A stretch of DNA of 25,630 nt. It comes from Candidatus Moraniibacteriota bacterium (GTDB lineage: Bacteria; Patescibacteriota; Minisyncoccia; Moranbacterales; UBA1568). Location of the stretch: contig JAUYFO010000092.1 of the NCBI GenBank assembly GCA_030690925.1, positions 1 to 25,630 of the forward strand, in the 5' to 3' direction. Below, in pieces: positions 23,004 to 25,630 of this stretch. Positions within the stretch are counted from its first letter, which is position 1. Each line of letters opens with the position of its first letter. A program made the translations under genes and the position numbers. The notes under the pieces were generated by a model, which saw only the letters and a list, made by a program, of their open reading frames with translations, made no database searches and was not told the origin of the DNA.

Positions 23004-24953
23004 ATGGCGCTTGAGGACCTCAATGACAAATTGCACAGTCGGGACCTACATCTCAATCGAGTGCGTACTCCGGACAGTTTTCGTCCTGGCACGACAGCGC
23101 CCGAACCTGTAGCGGTATCGGAATTTCAACAGACAGAACGCTGGGCCGTCGATGCTCCTCTGCCAAACAAGGTAGCACCGGTCCTAGCCGCCGGGGTCAT
23201 TTTCGATGACATCGCCAAGAAGCGTCGCCGCAAGCTGTTGGCCTGGGGACTCGGTGGAGTGGCTCTCCTGGCACTGATTATCGGGGTCGTTATGAAGGTG
23301 CAGTCTTCACTGTTCAATGAAGAAAAGATCGTGCTGGATGTTTCTGGCCCCGGTGATGTGCGCAGCGCTGAACTGGTCACCTTTACTTTCGAATACGGAA
23401 ACAATAATTGGCTGGCTCTGCGTGATAGTACCGTAGCGTTTGAGTATCCCGAGACATTCCATCCCGATGACCAGAAGGGGCTTGTGATAAACAAGTCGCG
23501 AGCAGAACTGACCATCGGGGATATACCATCACGCGCTCATGGCAAAATCACGCTCGCAGGGAAGTTTTATGGTTCCCGAGGAGACCAGGTGACGCTACGC
23601 GCCACCCTGCGCTATACACCGAGTAATACTACCAGCGCCTATGAGAAGGTAACAGAGTATCGTCTGAGTGTTGCTTCTTCGCCACTCTTCTTCGAGATTA
23701 CTGCGCCTCAGGAGCGAGCCTCTGATCAGGAAGTACAGTATGATCTCCGCTACCGCAACAATGGGGCCAGTGCTTTTTCTAATCTCAAAGTGAAAATGGA
23801 GTATCCGGAGGGATTCGTCTTTACCGATTCTGATCCCCGACCGACTGATAGTAATACCATCTGGACGATTGGTACACTGGCTCCACAGCAGGAGAGCACC
23901 ATCGCTATCCGGGGTCGCCTCTCCGGTGTCCGAGATGAACAGAAAACTGTCCGTGGCGGCATCGGTTTCTTTCAAGGAGACGGGAACTTCATCGCCTATG
24001 GTGAAAGCGAACAGAAAACTCGGGTGGTAGCCTCTCCGTTTTCTATCCGTCAGACCGCGGATGGCAGGCTCGATGTGCGTACCGATCCTGGTGAAATTCT
24101 GCGCTATGGTATCGAATACCGGAATGATGGGAACGTCGGTATCCGTGATGCTATCGTCACGGTGGAGATCAATTCGCCCTATATCAATCTGAGTACACTG
24201 CGTTTTGATTCCCAGGGAGGCAGGGGGGCCTACAACCCCTCGTCTCGTACCATTGTTTGGAAAGCTTCCGATGTCCCTGCTTTGGCCCGGATCGAGCCAG
24301 GGCAAGAGGGATCACTCAGTTTTTCGGTTGCTACCTACTCTGATCCGGAAAAACGCGGAACCGTGGTGCACAATCCCGCCTTCCAAACGGTGGCCAAGAT
24401 CGACAGCCCGGATATCCCCGCTATTGTTGGGGTGACCAAGGTGGTAGCAAGCAACAGGCTGACGGTGAAACTCAATACCGTCGCCTTGCATACCCTCGAT
24501 ATACGCTATCAGGATGAAACGTTTCCCAACACGGGGCCAGTACCGCCCGTAGTCGGCCAAGAGACGACCTATACGGCTCATCTGGTGGTAGGTACTTCTA
24601 CCAACGAGATCAATCGTGCTCGAGTCAGTATCCTTTTGCCGAGTGGTATCCGTTATACCGGCAAGGAATCCCCGATGAGTGAAAAGATTCTTTTTAATGA
24701 GCGCACCAACGAGTTGGTTTGGGAAGTGGAGACCTTGATTCCTGGGCAGCAACGTGAGATCGTGTTTCAGATTGGGGTGACGCCGGCACCGAGTAGCGCT
24801 GGCCAAGAAGTACCGCTCGTCAGCCAGGCGGTCCTGACAGGACAGGACAGCTTCACCGAAGAAGACGTGAAACTGGAAGCCAGTAAAAAATCCGAAAAAG
24901 TGCCGGTCATAACACCGGAGGCCAGCGCATCAGCGGGAGCAGCGGCACAGTAA
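23004..24953 (+). CDS. Large single-pass membrane protein with tandem Ig-like (DUF11-like) domains
   Basis: One TM helix (LLAWGLGGVALLALIIGVVM) followed by four related beta-rich units (VTFTFEYGNN, VQYDLRYRNNG, LRYGIEYRNDG, TTYTAHLVVG). TGcTACAAT extended -10 at 22957-22965. Confidence 0.75.
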   Translation: MALEDLNDKLHSRDLHLNRVRTPDSFRPGTTAPEPVAVSEFQQTERWAVDAPLPNKVAPVLAAGVIFDDIAKKRRRKLLAWGLGGVALLALIIGVVMKVQSSLFNEEKIVLDVSGPGDVRSAELVTFTFEYGNNNWLALRDSTVAFEYPETFHPDDQKGLVINKSRAELTIGDIPSRAHGKITLAGKFYGSRGDQVTLRATLRYTPSNTTSAYEKVTEYRLSVASSPLFFEITAPQERASDQEVQYDLRYRNNGASAFSNLKVKMEYPEGFVFTDSDPRPTDSNTIWTIGTLAPQQESTIAIRGRLSGVRDEQKTVRGGIGFFQGDGNFIAYGESEQKTRVVASPFSIRQTADGRLDVRTDPGEILRYGIEYRNDGNVGIRDAIVTVEINSPYINLSTLRFDSQGGRGAYNPSSRTIVWKASDVPALARIEPGQEGSLSFSVATYSDPEKRGTVVHNPAFQTVAKIDSPDIPAIVGVTKVVASNRLTVKLNTVALHTLDIRYQDETFPNTGPVPPVVGQETTYTAHLVVGTSTNEINRARVSILLPSGIRYTGKESPMSEKILFNERTNELVWEVETLIPGQQREIVFQIGVTPAPSSAGQEVPLVSQAVLTGQDSFTEEDVKLEASKKSEKVPVITPEASASAGAAAQ

Positions 24954-24963
24954 TACCCTCGGC

Positions 24964-25630
24964 ATGACACTTTGGAAAGAACGCACAGATACTGATCGCG
25001 GTCGTATCGGTGAAATAATGACGAGAAAAGGGAGTTTGCAAACCCCCTTTTTTATGCCAGATGCTACCCGTGCCTCGGTGCGTGGATTGACGGCAGATGA
25101 TCTCCTGAAGACAGGGGTCAAGGCACTGGTGGTCAATACCTATCACCTGATGCTGCAACCGGGAGAGGCTCTGATCAAAGAGGCTGGCGGCATCCATAAT
25201 TTTATGGATTGGCAGTACCCGGTACTTTCTGATTCAGGAGGGTACCAAGTGTATTCACTGATTCATAAAAATCCTGACCTCGGACGAATCACTGAGGACG
25301 GGGCAGAGTTTCGTTCGGTGCTCGATGGCTCCAAGCATCTGCTCACGCCAGAGCGCGCCATAGAGATCCAGTTTGATCTGGGAGTAGACATGATGGTTTG
25401 TTTGGACGATCCGCGACCCAACGATGCGTCGGAGAAGGATATTGTGGCAGCGGTGGATCGGACGCTCCGCTGGGCCAGGCGCTGCAAAGACGAGTATGAT
25501 CGGCAGGTAGCGGCTCGGGAACTGGCCGTTACCACGAGGCCGCTCTTGTTCGGGGTGGTGCAGGGTGGGATGATCATTGCCGAACGTCAGCGTTGTGCCG
25601 CCGGATTGATAGCGATCGGCTTCGATGGTT
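24964..25630 (+). CDS. tgt: tRNA-guanine transglycosylase (5' part, runs off the window)
   Basis: My translation from ATG 24964: ...LQTPFFMPDAT...NTYHLMLQPG...GGIHNFMDW...LSDSGGYQVYSL...LTPERAIEIQ..LGVD...LDD...LFGVVQGG. Absent from the ORF track because it has no stop in the window. Confidence 0.95.
   Translation, partial: MTLWKERTDTDRGRIGEIMTRKGSLQTPFFMPDATRASVRGLTADDLLKTGVKALVVNTYHLMLQPGEALIKEAGGIHNFMDWQYPVLSDSGGYQVYSLIHKNPDLGRITEDGAEFRSVLDGSKHLLTPERAIEIQFDLGVDMMVCLDDPRPNDASEKDIVAAVDRTLRWARRCKDEYDRQVAARELAVTTRPLLFGVVQGGMIIAERQRCAAGLIAIGFDG

Noticed and set aside
1-25630. CRISPR array, IS/transposase, rRNA, and TGA recoding (code 4/25)
   Set aside because: No regularly spaced repeats or transposase motifs. 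Conserved genes are full length in code 11, and TGA ends the HAD gene, the VanZ-like gene and argS at expected positions.

Overview
Intact chromosomal housekeeping/accessory region in standard genetic code (TGA terminates several intact genes). The gene content suggests a Patescibacteria/CPR (Parcubacteria-like) bacterium, which is an inference from the type-2 IleRS, compact spacing and membrane-anchored orphan proteins. Left part: lysozyme-like protein, EamA transporter, membrane-anchored clan GH-A glycosidase, SpoU methylase, HAD phosphatase, VanZ-like protein and a low-GC orphan. Then a minus-strand smpB-ssrA(tmRNA)-infC-rpmI-rplT block, followed by trhO, an orphan lipoprotein, argS and a histidine phosphatase. 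The most striking block (13354-18871) has an ECF sigma factor fused to an N-terminal NifL-like (putatively flavin/redox-sensing) PAS domain, with no anti-sigma gene next to it. It sits directly upstream of a class III ribonucleotide reductase whose glycyl-radical segment is a separate 63-aa gene, its activase nrdG, and a doubly membrane-anchored copper nitrite reductase (nirK). Right part: T-box-led ileS with two in-frame low-GC patches, recO, a large Ig-repeat surface protein and the start of tgt. Two small dispersed repeat families (one copy inside argS) and several sORFs absent from the ORF track were also seen. No CRISPR array, transposase, integrase, rRNA or true tRNA was found.
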